A stretch of 60,959 nucleotides of DNA, filler included, from Chiloscyllium plagiosum (lineage: Eukaryota), in the NCBI RefSeq assembly GCF_004010195.1. It is 5 parts of 2 records of this genome, joined end to end, with 100 filler letters (N's around TTAATTAATTAA, not from the genome) between each part and the next. Parts side by side here need not be neighbours in the genome. Positions count along the whole stretch, not along the records: positions 21,449 to 46,223 come from NC_057716.1; 4 more parts are not named here. One strand, 5' to 3'. The stretch's first letter is position 1. Each line of letters begins with the position of its first letter. Made by a program: the position numbers and the translations under genes. The notes below the pieces were generated by a model that ran no database searches, was not told the DNA's origin, and was given only the letters and a program-made list of their open reading frames with translations. Below, piece by piece: positions 25,259-39,200 of the stretch.

Positions 25259-25875
25259 GATTCTATGGATGTGGAGTGGCTTATTGAGGAATTTGCAGCT
25301 GGCAGTCTTTCTGTATGTATACAACCCTTGCACTTCAAAATGGAAGTGATCGTGTGTTTGAAAGGTGCTGTCTAAAGAGTCTAAATGTCTGCAGTGCATT
25401 TTGTAGGTGGTGCATACCGTTGCTACTGAACATCAGTGATGGATGGACAGAATGTTTGTAGATATGCTGCCAAAGCAGCTGCTTTGTCCTAGATGGTGTC
25501 AAGCTTCTTGAGTTTTTTTGAAACTGTACCCATCCAGGCAAGTGGGGTGTATTCCATCACAGTCCTGATTTATGCCTTGTAGATAGTGGACAGGCTCTAG
25601 ATTCCTACTAGATTCCTAGCCTCTGACCTGCTTTTGTAATTGCTGTATTTTTATGGTTAGTCCACTTCAGTTTCTGGTCAATAGTAACTTGAAAAATGTT
25701 TGTAGTGGGGATTCAGTGATGGTAATGCCAGCAAGTGTCAAGGGATGATGGTTGGCTTTTTTCTTGTTAGAGATTTTTTTTTCTGGCATTTCTGCTGTGC
25801 GATTGTTACTTGCCATTTATCGCCCAGGTCTGGACACTGTCCAGGTCTTGCCATATTTAGGCTTGGGCTTATAGG

Positions 25876-27190
25876 GTCATAGAGATGTACAGCATGGAAA
25901 CAGACCTTTCGGTCCAACTCGTCCATGCCGACCAGATATCCCAACCCAATCTAGTCCCACCTGCCAGCACCAGCCCCGTACCTCCAAGCTGTTCCTATTC
26001 ATATACCCATCTAGATGCCTTTTGAATGTTGCAATTGTGCCAGCCTCCACCACTTCCTCTGGCAGGTCATTCCAAGCACGTACCACCCTCCGCGTGAAAA
26101 AGTTGCCCTGTAGGTCTCTTTTATATCTTTCCCCTCTCACCCTAAACTTATGCCCCCTAGTTTTGGACTCCCCAACTCCAGGGAAAAGACCTTGTCTATT
26201 TATCCTATCCATGCCCCTCATGATTTTACAAACCTCTTAAGGTCACCCCTCAGCCTTCAACGGTCCAGGGAAAACAGCCCTAGCCTATTCAACCTCTCCC
26301 TATAGCTCAAATCCTCCAACCCTGGCAACATCCTTATAAATCTTTTCTGAACCATTTCAAGTTTCACAACATTTTTCTGATAGGAAGGAGACCAGAATTG
26401 TATGCAGTATTCTGACAGTGGCCTAACCAATGTCCTGTACAGCTGCAACATGACCTCCCAACTCCTGTACTCAATACCCTGACCAATAAAGGAAAGCATA
26501 CCAAACACCTTCTTCACTATCCTATTTACATGTGACTCTACTTTCAAGGAGCTATGAACCTGCACTCCAAGATCTGTTTGTTCAGCAACACTCACTAGGA
26601 CCTTATCATTAATTGTATAAGTCCTGCTAAGATTTGCTTTCCCAAAATGCAACACCTCGCATTTATCTAAATTAAACACCATCTGCAACTTCTCAGCCCA
26701 TTGGCCCACCTGATCAAGATTCTGTATTAATCTGAGGTAAACTTCTTCACTGTCCACTACACCTCCAATTTTGGTGTCATCAGCAAACTTACTAACTGTA
26801 CTTCTTATGCTCACATCCAAATCATTATATAAATGATGAAAAGTAGTGGACCCAGCAACAACCCTTGTGGCACTCCACTGGTCACGGGCCTCCAGTCTGA
26901 AAAACAACCCTCCAGTACCATCCTCTGTCTTCTACCTTTGAGCCTGTTCTGTATCCAAATGGCAAATTCTCCCTGTATTCCATGAGATCTAACCTTGCTC
27001 ATCAGTCTCCCATGGGGCACCTTGCCGAATGCCTTACTGAGGTCCATTTAGTTCACATCAACCGCTCTGCCCTCATGTATCCTCTTTGTTACTACTTCAA
27101 AAAACTCAATCAAGTTTGTGAGACATGATTTCCCATGCATAAAGCCATGTTGACTATCCCTAATCAATCCTCACCTTTCCATATACATGT
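25876..27190 (-). mobile_element. CR1 LINE ORF2 RT to 3' end
   Basis: [29 protein letters not shown] in ORFs 26811..27047, 26257..26907, 25877..26221. Confidence 0.95.
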
Positions 27191-28078
27191 TCTTCAGTTT
27201 TGCATGATTTCTGAATTATGCTCAATATTGTGTAATCATTGGTAAACTTAGCCCATTCCTGACTTTAATGTGGTGGGAAGGTCATTGATTAAGCAGCTGA
27301 AAATAGTTGCGCCAAGCACACTAACCTAAGGAACATTTACACAGATGTTTTGGAGATGAGATGCCTGACCTATAATAACGACAATTATGTGCTTTTGGGC
27401 CAGGCATGGTTCCATTCAGTGGAGTGTTTTCCTCTAACTCACTTTAACTCCAACTTTTTGGGTTTCCTTGATGGTAAACCCTGTCGAGTGTGGCTTGGAT
27501 GTCAAGGGCAGTCACTCTCAACTCACCTCTGGAATTCAGCTCTTTGTCTGAGGCTTCTTATTGATCCAAGGCTGTATTAAGGTCCGGAGCTGAGTAATTC
27601 TGGCAGAACTCATACTGGGCATCAATGAGCAGATGTTTGCTAAGCAAGTGCTGCTTGATGACACAATTGATTACATTTTCCATGTCTTTAGTGAAGATCA
27701 AGAACAGACTGATAAGGCAGTGATTGGCTGTGCTAGGTTTTTGTTTGTATACAGGACATACTTGGCCAACTGTCCAGGTTATTGGGTAGAAACCAGTGTT
27801 GTAGCTGTAGCAGAACAGCTTGGCTAGGGGAAGTGGCAAGTTCTAGAACACAAGTTTTCATCACATTTGTCAGAATGTTGGCAGGGCCCATAGCCTTTGC
27901 AATATCCAGTGTCTCCAACTGTTTCTTGATATCACACAGAGTGAATTGAGTTGGCTGAAGACTGGTATCTGTGATGTTGGGGACCACAGGAGGAGGCCAA
28001 GATGGATCATCCACTCGGCACTTCTGGCTGAAGATTGCTGCAAATGCTTCACTGACCTGCTAGGCTCTTCCAACATTG

Positions 28079-28713
28079 TGTGACCATGCTGTCACTTTAA
28101 GAGATTATTTTGTCCTTTTTTTTGAAGAGATGGTGTAAGGCAAGGGTGAAGAGCTATCTCTAAGAAAGTAAACATTTTGTGAGGCATTGGGTTTTCTTTT
28201 ACAAGTTGGAACAGTGGTAGCAGCTGGGCGCAGCCAGCTCTCACAGATGAGGCTTTCTGATTTTTTGTTGTTGTTTCTAGGTTTAACCTTAAGCAGAAGC
28301 ATTTGAGGTCTCAAAAAGGCCCCCAGCTGCAACTTTCTCTGAATCTTCTTTTGATGATTTTTTTAACCTCCTGGATTGGAGAACTACATGTGAGAATCTA
28401 TGTCTGAATATGTCCTTTTGCTAAGGATCATGTTTATGGAATGTTACTATACTGGAACAATTAACTAGGAATATTACTGTATCTATCATTTGGTTAAGTT
28501 TTCCAATCGTTAAGCTATTCTAAATTCCTCTTTCTTTTGTTTGAATTTTAACTGTAATGTTTAAATAAATTGTGTTTTGGTTTACATTGAGTAATTTGAC
28601 CAGTTGCATTGCATCTGGAACACAACACCTCACATCTAGCTTTAAAATAAGAACAAGTTAGGGTCTAGGCTATTGTCTTAAAATATATTGAGTGTCTGGT
28701 CTGGTCCATAACA
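28079..28713 (+). mobile_element. Probable solo LTR (copy 2)
   Basis: TGTGACC...CATAACA termini, AATAAA at about 28565, flanks ATTG/ATTA (4-bp TSD, one mismatch); host LINE resumes on both sides. Confidence 0.7.
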
Positions 28714-30072
28714 ATTAAGGATGGGGATATTTGTGGAACCTCCTCCTCAACTGAGTTGTTCAATCATCTACTGCCATTTATGACTGGATGTGGCAGCACT
28801 GCAAAGCTTAGATCTGATCCATTGGTTGAGGAATCACTTAGCTCTCTCTATTGTTTGCTGCTCATGTTGTTTGGCATGCAAGTATATCTTCACTAGGTTG
28901 ACACCTGATTTTCTGGTATGTCTGGTGTTGCATCTAGTATGCCCTCCTGCACTAGCCATTGAATGAGTGTTAATCCTCTTGTTTGAAGTAATGATTGAGA
29001 GGGAAGATATGCAAGGCCTTGAGACTGCAGATTGTGCTGGAGTATAATTCTGCTGCTGTTGATGACCCACAACACCTCATAGATGTCTAGGTTTGAGTTG
29101 CTGGTCCTGTTTGAAGTCTGCCCTATTTAGCACAGAGACAGTGCCACACAACACAATGGAGGCCTTTTTCAATGTGAAGGCAGGATCTTGTCCCCACAAG
29201 AACTATGCAGTGTTCACTCTGACAAATACAGACATGGACAGATACGTCTGGTGCAGAGAGACTTGTGAGGATGAGGTTAAGCTTTTTTTCCCTCTTGTTA
29301 GCTTCATCACCACTTGCCACAGATACAGTCTAGCAGAATGTCTTTTAGGACACGACAAACCCAATCAGCAGTAGTCTTGCCAATGCACTTTGATAGTGGA
29401 CAATGAAGCCTCCCACCCAGACTACATTCTGTATCTTTGTCACCCTCAGTGCTTCCTCCTAGTGGTGTCCAATGTGGAAGAGTACTGATTCATCGGCCGA
29501 CTGTGGACAGTATATGGTGATCAGCAGGAGGTTTCCTAGCCCATGTTTAACCTGATGCCATTAAAGTTCATAGGGTCTGGCGTCAATGTTGAGGATTCCC
29601 AAGGAAGTTCCATCCTGACTGTATACCACTGTGCCATCACCTCTGTTGGTAGGATAGAAATAACCAGTGATGGCAATGTCTGGGATATTGTCTGTAAGAT
29701 ATACTTCTATGGGTATGACTGTGTCAGGCTGTTGTTTGACTAGTCTGTGAGACTATTCTTCCAATTTTGGCACCATCCCCCAGCTGTTAGTAAGGAAGGT
29801 TTTGCAGGATTAACATGGGTATGTTTGTTGCCAATGCCTAGGTCAACACCAGTCGGTCTGACCATTTCCATTCTTTTTTGAGACTTTCTGAAAATTGATA
29901 AAACTGAATTGCAGTTTCAAGGGAAAAGTTAATAGTCAACCATATTGCTGTGAGTCTGGAGTCATGCGAACAAGTTCCCTTCCTTAAAGGACATTAGAGG
30001 TCAGGAGGGTATTTTTAACAAACAATAGTGTTTCTTGGTCATCATTAGATGAGATATTTATTGAATTCAGAT

Positions 30073-30407
30073 TCCACTGCTGCCTGACAGCACCAAAGAC
30101 CCATGTTTGATTCCACCCTCAGGCAACTGTGTGTGTGGAGTTTGCACATTCTCCCCGTGTCTTCATGGGCTTCCTCCTGGTGCTTCAGTTCCTTCCATAG
30201 TCCAAAGAAATGCAAGTTAAGTAGATTGGCTGTGCTAAATTGCCCCATAGTGTTCAGGGATATGCAAGCCAAATGGGTTAATCATGGAAAATGCAGAATT
30301 ACAGGGACATGATTGGAGGTTTGAGTCTGGATGAAATGCTGTTTGGAGGGTCAGTGTGGACTCTTGAGCTGAATGGCCTGCTTCCACACTGTAGACATTC
30401 TATGATT
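30073..30407 (+). mobile_element. HE1-like SINE (diverged)
   Basis: CACTGCTGCCTGACAGCACC...GGAGTTTGCACATTCTCCCC...GCTAAATTGCCC. Confidence 0.78.
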
Positions 30408-30993
30408 CACCATCTGCCCTGCTTGGTTTCAAAGCCAGGTCCCCAGAGCATTAACAGGAAGTGCTGCAGAACCTCAGTCTGTCTGGCAGAGAGAAAAGTG
30501 GAGTTAATGTTTCGAACCCTGGTCAGAATTAGAACTTTACCTGGCTGAACCCCAATTTACTTGACTCATGATAATACCACCATGCCATCACCTCCCCAAC
30601 TTGTTGGCCATTCTACAGGCATTCAATGATTCATCTTTCTCTTGTCCGTCATAAGTGTTTCTATTATCACCAGGTTTAGTTATTGTATTCTTTCAAATTG
30701 ACACTTGCACCCCTTACCATTTTTCTCGAAATGCTGCTACCATCATTTTTTATACTATTGTTGTGTGTTCCATTTTGCAGTGAAAGGTGCTGGAAATGAA
30801 CATTTTCCCAGGAATTTTGTAAATGCTTCCAACAAGGCATGTTTCTTTCTGAAATCTCTACTTTAGTTAATATACTGACTTTATCCTGATTTGACAGCTA
30901 ATTACAATCCAACAATTTAAAAATGAGCATTGAACTAGAATATTTTATACATAAACATGAACATACAATTCCTAAGGAAAGTTGGAACAACAT

Positions 30994-31750
30994 AGTTAAA
31001 AATCACACAATACCAGGTTTTAGTCCAACAGGTCTATTTGGAAGCACTAGCATTCGGAGCACTGCTCATTTATCAGGTAGCTGTGGAGCAGGATCATAAG
31101 ACACAGAATGTACAGCAAAAGATCACAGTGTCATGAACTGAAATGATATATTGAACAAACCTAGATTGCTGTTAAGTTTTTCATCTTTTAGAATGGGTTA
31201 CAGTTCTTGGTTCATTAATATGTAAATCCCAGAACTTCTTTTAAGTCACATTCTTGAGATAACTTAAAGTTTTATAAAAAAAAAGTGACATCTCAGCTCA
31301 GACTGGTTATATTTCTGAAGTTGAAAACATAAATGCAAATACAAATTCACCCCATAAAAACACTCTCTCACAAGCACTCACACTCACATGCACACACTCA
31401 CGTGCACACTCACACACTCATGCACGCACACACACATACAAGTCTATCAGGTGAATTTGCATTTGCAGAATTATATTTACAGATACATTCTACTTTGTTA
31501 GAAAAGCACATAATCTGCAGGCAGTCAATCCATGTAACATTGTATAAATTCCTACTTTGGAAATGGAACCAGTCTGATTGGGATACAGACAGACTCTAAC
31601 CTCACACCTTTAATGCATTGTCTGAACTGAGATGTCACCTTTTTTTCATAAAACCTTAAGTTCCAAATAAACCTGTTAGACTATAACCTGGTGTTGTGTG
31701 ATTTTTAACTTTGTCTACCCCAGCCCAACACCAGCTCGCTCTCCACATCT
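30994..31750. mobile_element. Fold-back element, probable third PLE family (C), with decayed hammerhead at 31048-31076 (-)
   Basis: AGTTAAAAATCACACAATACCAGG...TTTGGAA inverted against TTCCAAATAAACC...GTGTGATTTTTAACT (31661-31710). Minus strand CTGATAA-A-TGAGC-AGT-GCTCC-GAAT-GCTA. Internal CA-rich tract 31365-31440. Confidence 0.55.
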
Positions 31751-33037
31751 GGAGGACAATATAGTACACGCAAGAGATAGATTTCTTTGCAAATTGCAAT
31801 AGAAAATTTTTGTATGTCGGCAAACCAGTTTCTCTTAAGTTTGAGTGCAAACTAATTTTGCGTATGATTTAGTTTTTTATGTACAGTTTCTGTAATGTCA
31901 TTTTCCTAAAATGGGTTTGTTGAATATTCATCTGAAAGGGTCTGAAAGTATTAATACTTGTTTGAGTGTGGTAAGCATCACCCCCTGGGATAATGCCACA
32001 GGGATTTGATCAGAGTAAAGAAGGAGCTTACATGAGACAGACCTGGGGCTCATTAGCTCCTAAGAGTCTGTTTGTAATGTAGGTCATGTTCATGTAATCT
32101 GTAAATAGTTGCAGTAAAACAATATAAGTTTGTATTGTTTACTTGACACAACTCTCTAATTAGAACATTATATCATTTCAGGCTTGAACAAACCCATTCA
32201 TACAACGAAGTTCAAATACTTTGGAAATTACAATGCAAATGAATTGCTCCTGGAAGATATTAGACATCTACTTTAATATTAAATAAAAGATGGGATCTAG
32301 TTTCCCTTTCAACATCAAAGTATTCTACTTATCAGTGACCTACATTCATGTGGTGTGCTGTACTTTCATATCCATACTTCCTCTTTGCACTAGTGTTTCT
32401 CTATTGCTAGGCATCTGCTGTTAAGTCTAAGCATTTTTCAAATACTTCTGACTCATTCAAGATAAGAGATGTTCTCTCCTTGCAGCTAAATGGATCTCTC
32501 CTTGAAATCAACTTTAAGGTCAGACAGTATTCTGAATTCTTAACCAGTAAGGCGTCACTCTCTCACACACTTTATACATTTCCATTCTGAAATACTTTCA
32601 GTTATGTTTAAGATGTAATCATTTACTGGCTTCAAGGTCCAACTGGAGTGTCCGCATGCTTGTTTAGTTTTGCATCACATGCTTTTTTGTCATTCCAATT
32701 ATTTTTTTTAAAATGCAGCCCACATGAATTATAGATATCTGAAAACTATAAAATATAGTTGAAGTACCAAGCAGATTTAGCTACTTCAACTGATCTCTAG
32801 GCAGCAACCAAAGCAAATGTCTGTATATCCTAGAATTACACTCTAGTTAATTTTAGGGAATTATGCTGTTGGACATTGTGACAAGGATAATGATTGGGTA
32901 ACTCTATTTTCTCCTTACATTAGAAAATGGAACTATAAACTCACTAAGTCCTCAGAAGTTCCAAAAGGTCATCAATCACCACTGGGGTACATTCAAATTC
33001 CAGCCATGCAGAAACCTGCTTTCATCATTTGATGCCT

Positions 33038-33435
33038 AGGAGATAGTGAGGACTGCAGATGTTGGAGAGTAAGAGTCGATAAAATGTGGCGCTGGAAAAA
33101 GCACAGCAGGTCAGGCAGCATCCGAGGAGCAAGAGAGTCGACATTTCGAGCATATCACTTCATCAGGACTGGAGAGGGGGTATGGGGCTGAGAAATAAAT
33201 AGAGGTAGGGGTGGGACTAGGAGAAATTTAGGTGGGATGGCAATAGATGGGTACACTTAGGAGATGATTGCGATAGGTCAGTGGGAAGTGCGGAGCGGAT
33301 AGGTGGGAAGGAAGATGGACAGATAGGTCAGGTCAAGAGCGTGGTACTGAATCAAAGGGTCGGATCTGTGATGCGGTGAGTAGATTTAGAAACTGGTGAA
33401 TTCAATGTTAAAGTCATGAGGTTGTAGGTTCCCAA
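33038..33435 (-). mobile_element. PLE family B 3' end with decayed hammerhead
   Basis: GTGAGGACTGCAGATG...GCAGGTCAGGCAGCATC...CTTCATCAGGA, then a purine-rich tract like 57280-57545. Confidence 0.7.
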
Positions 33436-34561
33436 TAATGGAAGGTGATTCCTGCCTAGCTTGTAGCCTAACTGTGCCTGTTATGCTGTTGGTCTTCATG
33501 TGCTTGTACATAAACTAAGTTAAAAGAAAAATGCATTAACAAGAAGCAAAACTGTTGGTCAAAGGCCACAGGCTTTTGTGGGCAGTGTGGGGGGTTTAAG
33601 TTGCAGTAAACAGGAGACCTTTGGATTCAAGAATTGATTCTGACACCTAGTTGACAGCCAAACAAAGGTCAAATTCAAATATAAAGGATTTTTTCAGCAG
33701 TGGAAGATACACTGATGAGCCCCAAGGCAGGACCAAATTGGTGGTCTTATGAACCATTTAATGAAACCTAACATTGCCTTTTTGGGGCAAGAGAAGTATC
33801 ACAATAGAATTTAAAACAGTAGAAAAATGCTGTGATTATTTCTGAAATACCATTTTTACAGAATTTACTAGTCAACACTTTAATGCTGTGGATGATGGAA
33901 ATCTTGAACTTGAAAAGATTTCTTTCTTTCTTGTTAGGTTCCTATAATCAACATAGTTTCCGAGACAGTGGTTAAGTCTTGCGGTTCCCAGAAGTTTGAA
34001 ACAATCACACTTATAAAATCAAATGCTGGAGCTTCATCAAATACATTAGTCAGATCCAGCCATGTGCATCAGACTGTTACACTGTGCCTTGCTTCACAAG
34101 CTGTAGTGCAGTAGTCAGTGAAGTGGCATTTCTATGAGCAATTCTCACTGCTGGCCACCATGGTTTATGAGGTTGTCTGCTTCATTATTGTGATGGGATT
34201 GGTGTAGTAGAGGCAAACCACTTGCTGGTCAAATGCAAAGAGCCTCTAGTCTTTAATGAAATGTAGTTAGTGCCTGTAAACCGTAATATATAAGTTACAC
34301 TGATAGGATAGACACTGTTGCAGAGACTATGCAGAGGGTTTGGATGATAGGTCTAACTCCTTCAAAATCCGAAGGTGTTTTCCCGCCACGTCCATATGAC
34401 ATCATCATTGCTACTTTTGGTGCTTATGGTGGTTTTATGTATGACCCTTCCAGATGATTACACCCTTACAAAATATTTTCCTCAACTTTTCTTTCACATT
34501 AAGCATATAAATACATTTACTACAGCTTTGTCTTCCCCTACAAGTCTTTGACTTCACAGGT

Positions 34562-35386
34562 GAAAATGTGTTGCTGGAAAAGCGCAGCAGGTCAGNNNNN
34601 NNNNNNNNNNNNNNNNNNNNNNNNNNNNNNNNNNNNNNNNNNNNNNNNNNNNNNNNNNNNNNNNNNNNNNNNNNNNNNNNNNNNNNNNNNNNNNNNNNNN
34701 NNNNNNNNNNNNNNNNNNNNNNNNNNNNNNNNNNNNNNNNNNNNNNNNNNNNNNNNNNNNNNNNNNNNNNNNNNNNNNNNNNNNNNNNNNNNNNNNNNNN
34801 NNNNNNNNNNNNNNNNNNNNNNNNNNNNNNNNNNNNNNNNNNNNNNNNNNNNNNNNNNNNNNNNNNNNNNNNNNNNNNNNNNNNNNNNNNNNNNNNNNNN
34901 NNNNNNNNNNNNNNNNNNNNNNNNNNNNNNNNNNNNNNNNNNNNNNNNNNNNNNNNNNNNNNNNNNNNNNNNNNNNNNNNNNNNNNNNNNNNNNNNNNNN
35001 NNNNNNNNNNNNNNNNNNNNNNNNNNNNNNNNNNNNNNNNNNNNNNNNNNNNNNNNNNNNNNNNNNNNNNNNNNNNNNNNNNNNNNNNNNNNNNNNNNNN
35101 NNNNNNNNNNNNNNNNNNNNNNNNNNNNNNNNNNNNNNNNNNNNNNNNNNNNNNNNNNNNNNNNNNNNNNNNNNNNNNNNNNNNNNNNNNNNGGAGGCCA
35201 CATCGGGTGCAGAGGATGCAATAGATGATGTGTGTGGTCTGCTGGACAAACTTTCCTCATTCCTGAAGAAGGGCTTATGCCCGAAACGTCGATTCTCCTG
35301 TTCCCTGGATGCTGCCTGACCTGCTGCGCTTTTCCAGCAACACATTTTCAGCCCTGATCTCCAGCATCTGCAGACCTCACTTTCTC
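34562..35386. mobile_element. PLE family B insertion with inverted termini spanning an N gap
   Basis: Exact 16-bp TSD CTTTGACTTCACAGGT at 34546-34561 and 35387-35402; left end is the reverse complement of the right terminal repeat. Confidence 0.85.
35263..35290 (+). ncRNA. Minimal hammerhead ribozyme motif, PLE family B (intact core)
   Basis: CTGAAGA-A-GGGC-TTAT-GCCC-GAAA-CGTC: perfect 4-bp stem II, GUC triplet; stem I is weak. Confidence 0.72.
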
Positions 35387-35711
35387 CTTTGACTTCACAG
35401 GTTCAGGCAATGTACAGGGTTCACTACCCAGGAACAGGAGAAGGCCATTGAGCCCATTCAATTAAACTATGGCTGATTATCTACTCATTGCCACTTTCCT
35501 GGCAAATCTCTATATCCCCAATGTCATTCGTCTCCAGAAATGCATCAATTCTGTTTTGAATGTGGAGAATGATTGAGCCTCCACAGCCTTCTGGGGCAGA
35601 GAATTCCAAAGACCCAACACTCGCTAAGTGAAAACATTCAATCTCAAATAACCTACTCCTTATGCTGAGATTATGATCTCTAGTGTTAGACTCACCACCG
35701 AGGAGAAATAT

Positions 35712-36256
35712 CTGGTTTTTAGTTATAGAAAGGATATTATTAAGCTGAAGAGAATTCAGAAGAGATTGATCAAGATGTTGCCAGGTTTGGAAGGTTTGAG
35801 TTATAAAGAAAGATTGAATAGGTGGAGACCTTTCTCACTGGAGTGTAGGAGGTTGAGAAGTTTATAAAAGTCTATAAAAAGTTTATAGAAGTTTATAAAA
35901 TCATGAGGGGCATAGATAGGGTTCATGGTAGGTCTTTTCACTTGAAAGGGGGATTTCAAGATTAGGAGGCACATTTTTAAGATGAGAGGAGAGAGATATA
36001 CAAAAGACATGAGGGGCAATTATTTTACAGAGAGCTTGGTTTCAGCGTGGAATTAACTTCCAGAGGAGAAATGCAAAGTTTAAAAGACATTTGAATAAAC
36101 ACACGGATAGGAAAGGTTGGAAGGACACAGGTCACGAGCAGGCAGGTGGGACTAGTTTGAGATTATGTTTAGCATTATCATGAGTTTGAGATTATGTTCA
36201 GCATGGACTGATTAAACCAAAGGATGTGATTCTATGCTGTATGACTCTATGACTCT
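35712..36256 (+). mobile_element. CR1 LINE 3' end (diverged)
   Basis: YRKDIIKLKRIQKRLIKMLPGLEGLSYKERLNR; (TATGACTC)n tail. Confidence 0.85.
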
Positions 36257-39200
36257 ACCCACCCTGTAAGAAGTTTACATATTTCAATGAGCTCATTCCT
36301 CATTTTTTGAAACTCTAGGAAATACAGACAAATTCTTATCAATCTTTCCTCATAAAACAATCCTGCCATTCCAGAGATTAATCTGATGAATCTCCTGTGC
36401 ACTCACTTTATAATAGGTGCATTCCTTCCTCGATAAGGAGACCAAAACTGTGCAAAATAGTTCAGATAAATTCTCACCAAGGTGCAATACAAATTCAGGA
36501 AAACATCTTTACTCTTACCAAAATATCATTTGTCTTCTCAATTGCTTGTGTCATTTGCACACTAACTTGTAGTGATTCAGATCCAATTCGACACCAGCAT
36601 TGCTGAACCCCCTCCAATTTAAGATCACATATTGTCGTTTTGTATTTTTTTCCACCAAAATACATTTCTCACTTATTCAGGTTATATTCCATCTGTCATG
36701 TTCTAGCCCATTCACTGAGTCTTCCAAATCTTCTTGAAGCCTCATTGTATCTTCCTCAAAATGTTCATTCCCGTCCAGTTAGCTGGTGTCATCAGCAAAC
36801 TTGGAAATATTATAATTGGCCCCTACATTTACATCTGAAGAGTGGCAGTAATCCCTGTGACACCCGACCAGTAATAGCCTGCCATCTTGAGAATTATAAG
36901 TTTATTCCTTCTCTCTGCTTTCTATCTGTTAAACAGTTCCAATTCATACTGGAATATTCTCCCCAATCCCATGCACTCAAATTTTATTTACTAACCTCCT
37001 TTATGGAACCTACCGAGAGCCTTCTTAAAATCGAAATACACTACATCCATTGATTTGTATTTTTCAATACCAGATGAATCAAATCTAAAATGAGTTTGTC
37101 AAATACGATATCACTTACACAAATCCATGGAATTTTACCTAATTTTGGCACTATTTCCTGAATGTCCAATTATTATAACTTATAAAATAAAATCTAACAT
37201 ACTCCCTATAAGTCTATGGTTATCCATCATCCCTTCTTAAATATTATGGTTGCAATTGCTATTTTTCCTTATTTTCCCAGAGTGCATTCTGTTTGCATTT
37301 AGAAGGTTGGTATGTCTCTCAATTGAAGATAGTTGACTTTGATTCTGTTCCTGATGGTGTGAGACCTGAAAGTCCTTTATGTTATGACGCATCTCATTGG
37401 CTTCATTGCAATCAAACAGTGGTGTGTTACAGACTAATATGAAGCAGAACAATAAACACAATGGGTGAAATTTTCTCATAATTTTTACATGTAGAGGACA
37501 GCATGTGAGGCAGGTCTACCATGGTCTCAACACAGAGACTCAGGTCACCAGAAGCTGCTAGCCAATCAAAGATAACAGCTCTGGGGCCTAAGGTCTATTG
37601 GTCAAGGTGTTCTCTTTGAGGGAATGGGATAGTTGGAGGCCAGGGCTGAAGGGTGGCGTTCACCTCCTTGCCACTACCTCTGATCGTTCCCAGTTTGCAG
37701 CAATTTGACACACAACCAAGCAGGTGACTGTCCCTGATTTCCCAGTCAGGAAACAAACTTTTTTCACCATGTGGGGAGATGAATGATCAGCGAGGTTGTT
37801 GCTCTTAAGTGGCCATTAATTGATTACATAAGGGCTTTAGTTGCTGGCAATTTGAGATAGGTCTCAATGGACTTTCTTGTCCAGCACTTAATACCAGTGG
37901 TAGCACAAAGAAGTGTGAGTTTCTCTCCAATTCACCTTATTGTTTCCCCTTCTTGCCACCTGTCTCACCACTCACAGAGAGGGAAAATCCTGCCCATCAC
38001 TATTTTATCAAAACATTCTAGCCCAAAGTTAACTTGCTAATATGTAGCAACAAAGCTAATGACTTTTCAGCAATATTATATAAAATTGTCCTTACCATGA
38101 TAGGATCTTTATAAGTGGGTGTATTTGACAGGTAAAGCTGAAATCATATTCCATACCATGAATCATTTCAACTTCCCTCACCACCCATCCTTAGGGCCCC
38201 TTTGACTGAGATTTGTAAGTTACTGCTAATTATAGTGCTGAATTATGGGCGGTTGGTGTTACAAACGCTTATCCATTTGGCAGTAAGCTGAGACCATCTC
38301 AACTCATTTTATTTATGACCCATCAAAAATGGAATTTTAAAGCATGGTCTGGGTTAGATTTGAATCAAAGCCACATGTGTTAAAAAGACAGCCTTTTAAT
38401 ACACCAAACCATTCAATCTTAGCTTACTAAATTATCTTATCAGGAGGTTTCACAATTTGAACTCTGCTAAGACAACCTGCCTCCTGAACAAAGTAGCTGT
38501 TTTAAACAAAACATAAAGAAACTCCTCTCAAAGGGGGAAAGCACTTCAATGTTATTCAATGCAGAATGTTCTTCAATGTTATTGACAAACTTCCATGCAA
38601 TTTTAAAAAACTAAAAACAGATTCTATAATTTCGACACCACAAACAGAATCACGCATAAATTTGGCAGCATATAATAGAAGTTTGCAAAGTATTCTTTCT
38701 CTTTAATGGCATCTTTATGGTTATGTTGCTTTTGAATTATAGTATTTTTCAAGGCACAGCTTACTAATTTTCTTTGGAAAAAAAGAGTTAATATGTGATT
38801 TGTTAGAAGTGTTCAAAATTATGAATAGCTTTTACCAAGTAAATCAAGGGAAAAAAAATTCCAAGTCATGCTATTTTTGTGAACTTTTCCTTCCACTTCC
38901 GGTTGTTTTTTTTTCTTTTAAGCACTGTTTATTGGTCTGTCTTTAGTCCTGACCAAAAGATCGTTGACCTGAAGTGTAAAAATATTACATTTATCTGTGC
39001 TCTCCACAGATGCTGTCTGATCAGCCCAGTCTTTTCATCAGGCAGGATTTGACAGGATCTGAATAATGTAAGCTCTGATGAGATTAACAGCAGAAGTCCA
39101 ACAACTCCAATTTCAATTTCAGGAGCCTCGCACTCTACCTCTTAAGCTTTTCACAAGTGTCAGGGTGATTTTATCACTGGGCATCAGCGAGTTGCTAATT

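Larger units (their letters stand above)
24690..30060 (-). mobile_element. Old LINE (CR1/L2-group) split by nested SINE, CR1 and solo LTR
   Basis: Degenerate motifs (KAMGPANI, QVCPVYK, ANHCLISL); pieces about 24690-24920, 25265-25860, 27190-28078, 28714-30060. Confidence 0.65.

Noticed and set aside
33939..34115. Open frame after a pyrimidine tract and AG
   Set aside because: No recognisable homology and no partner exons.
34548..35345. 200+ aa ORFs in the track
   Set aside because: Almost entirely translated N gap.
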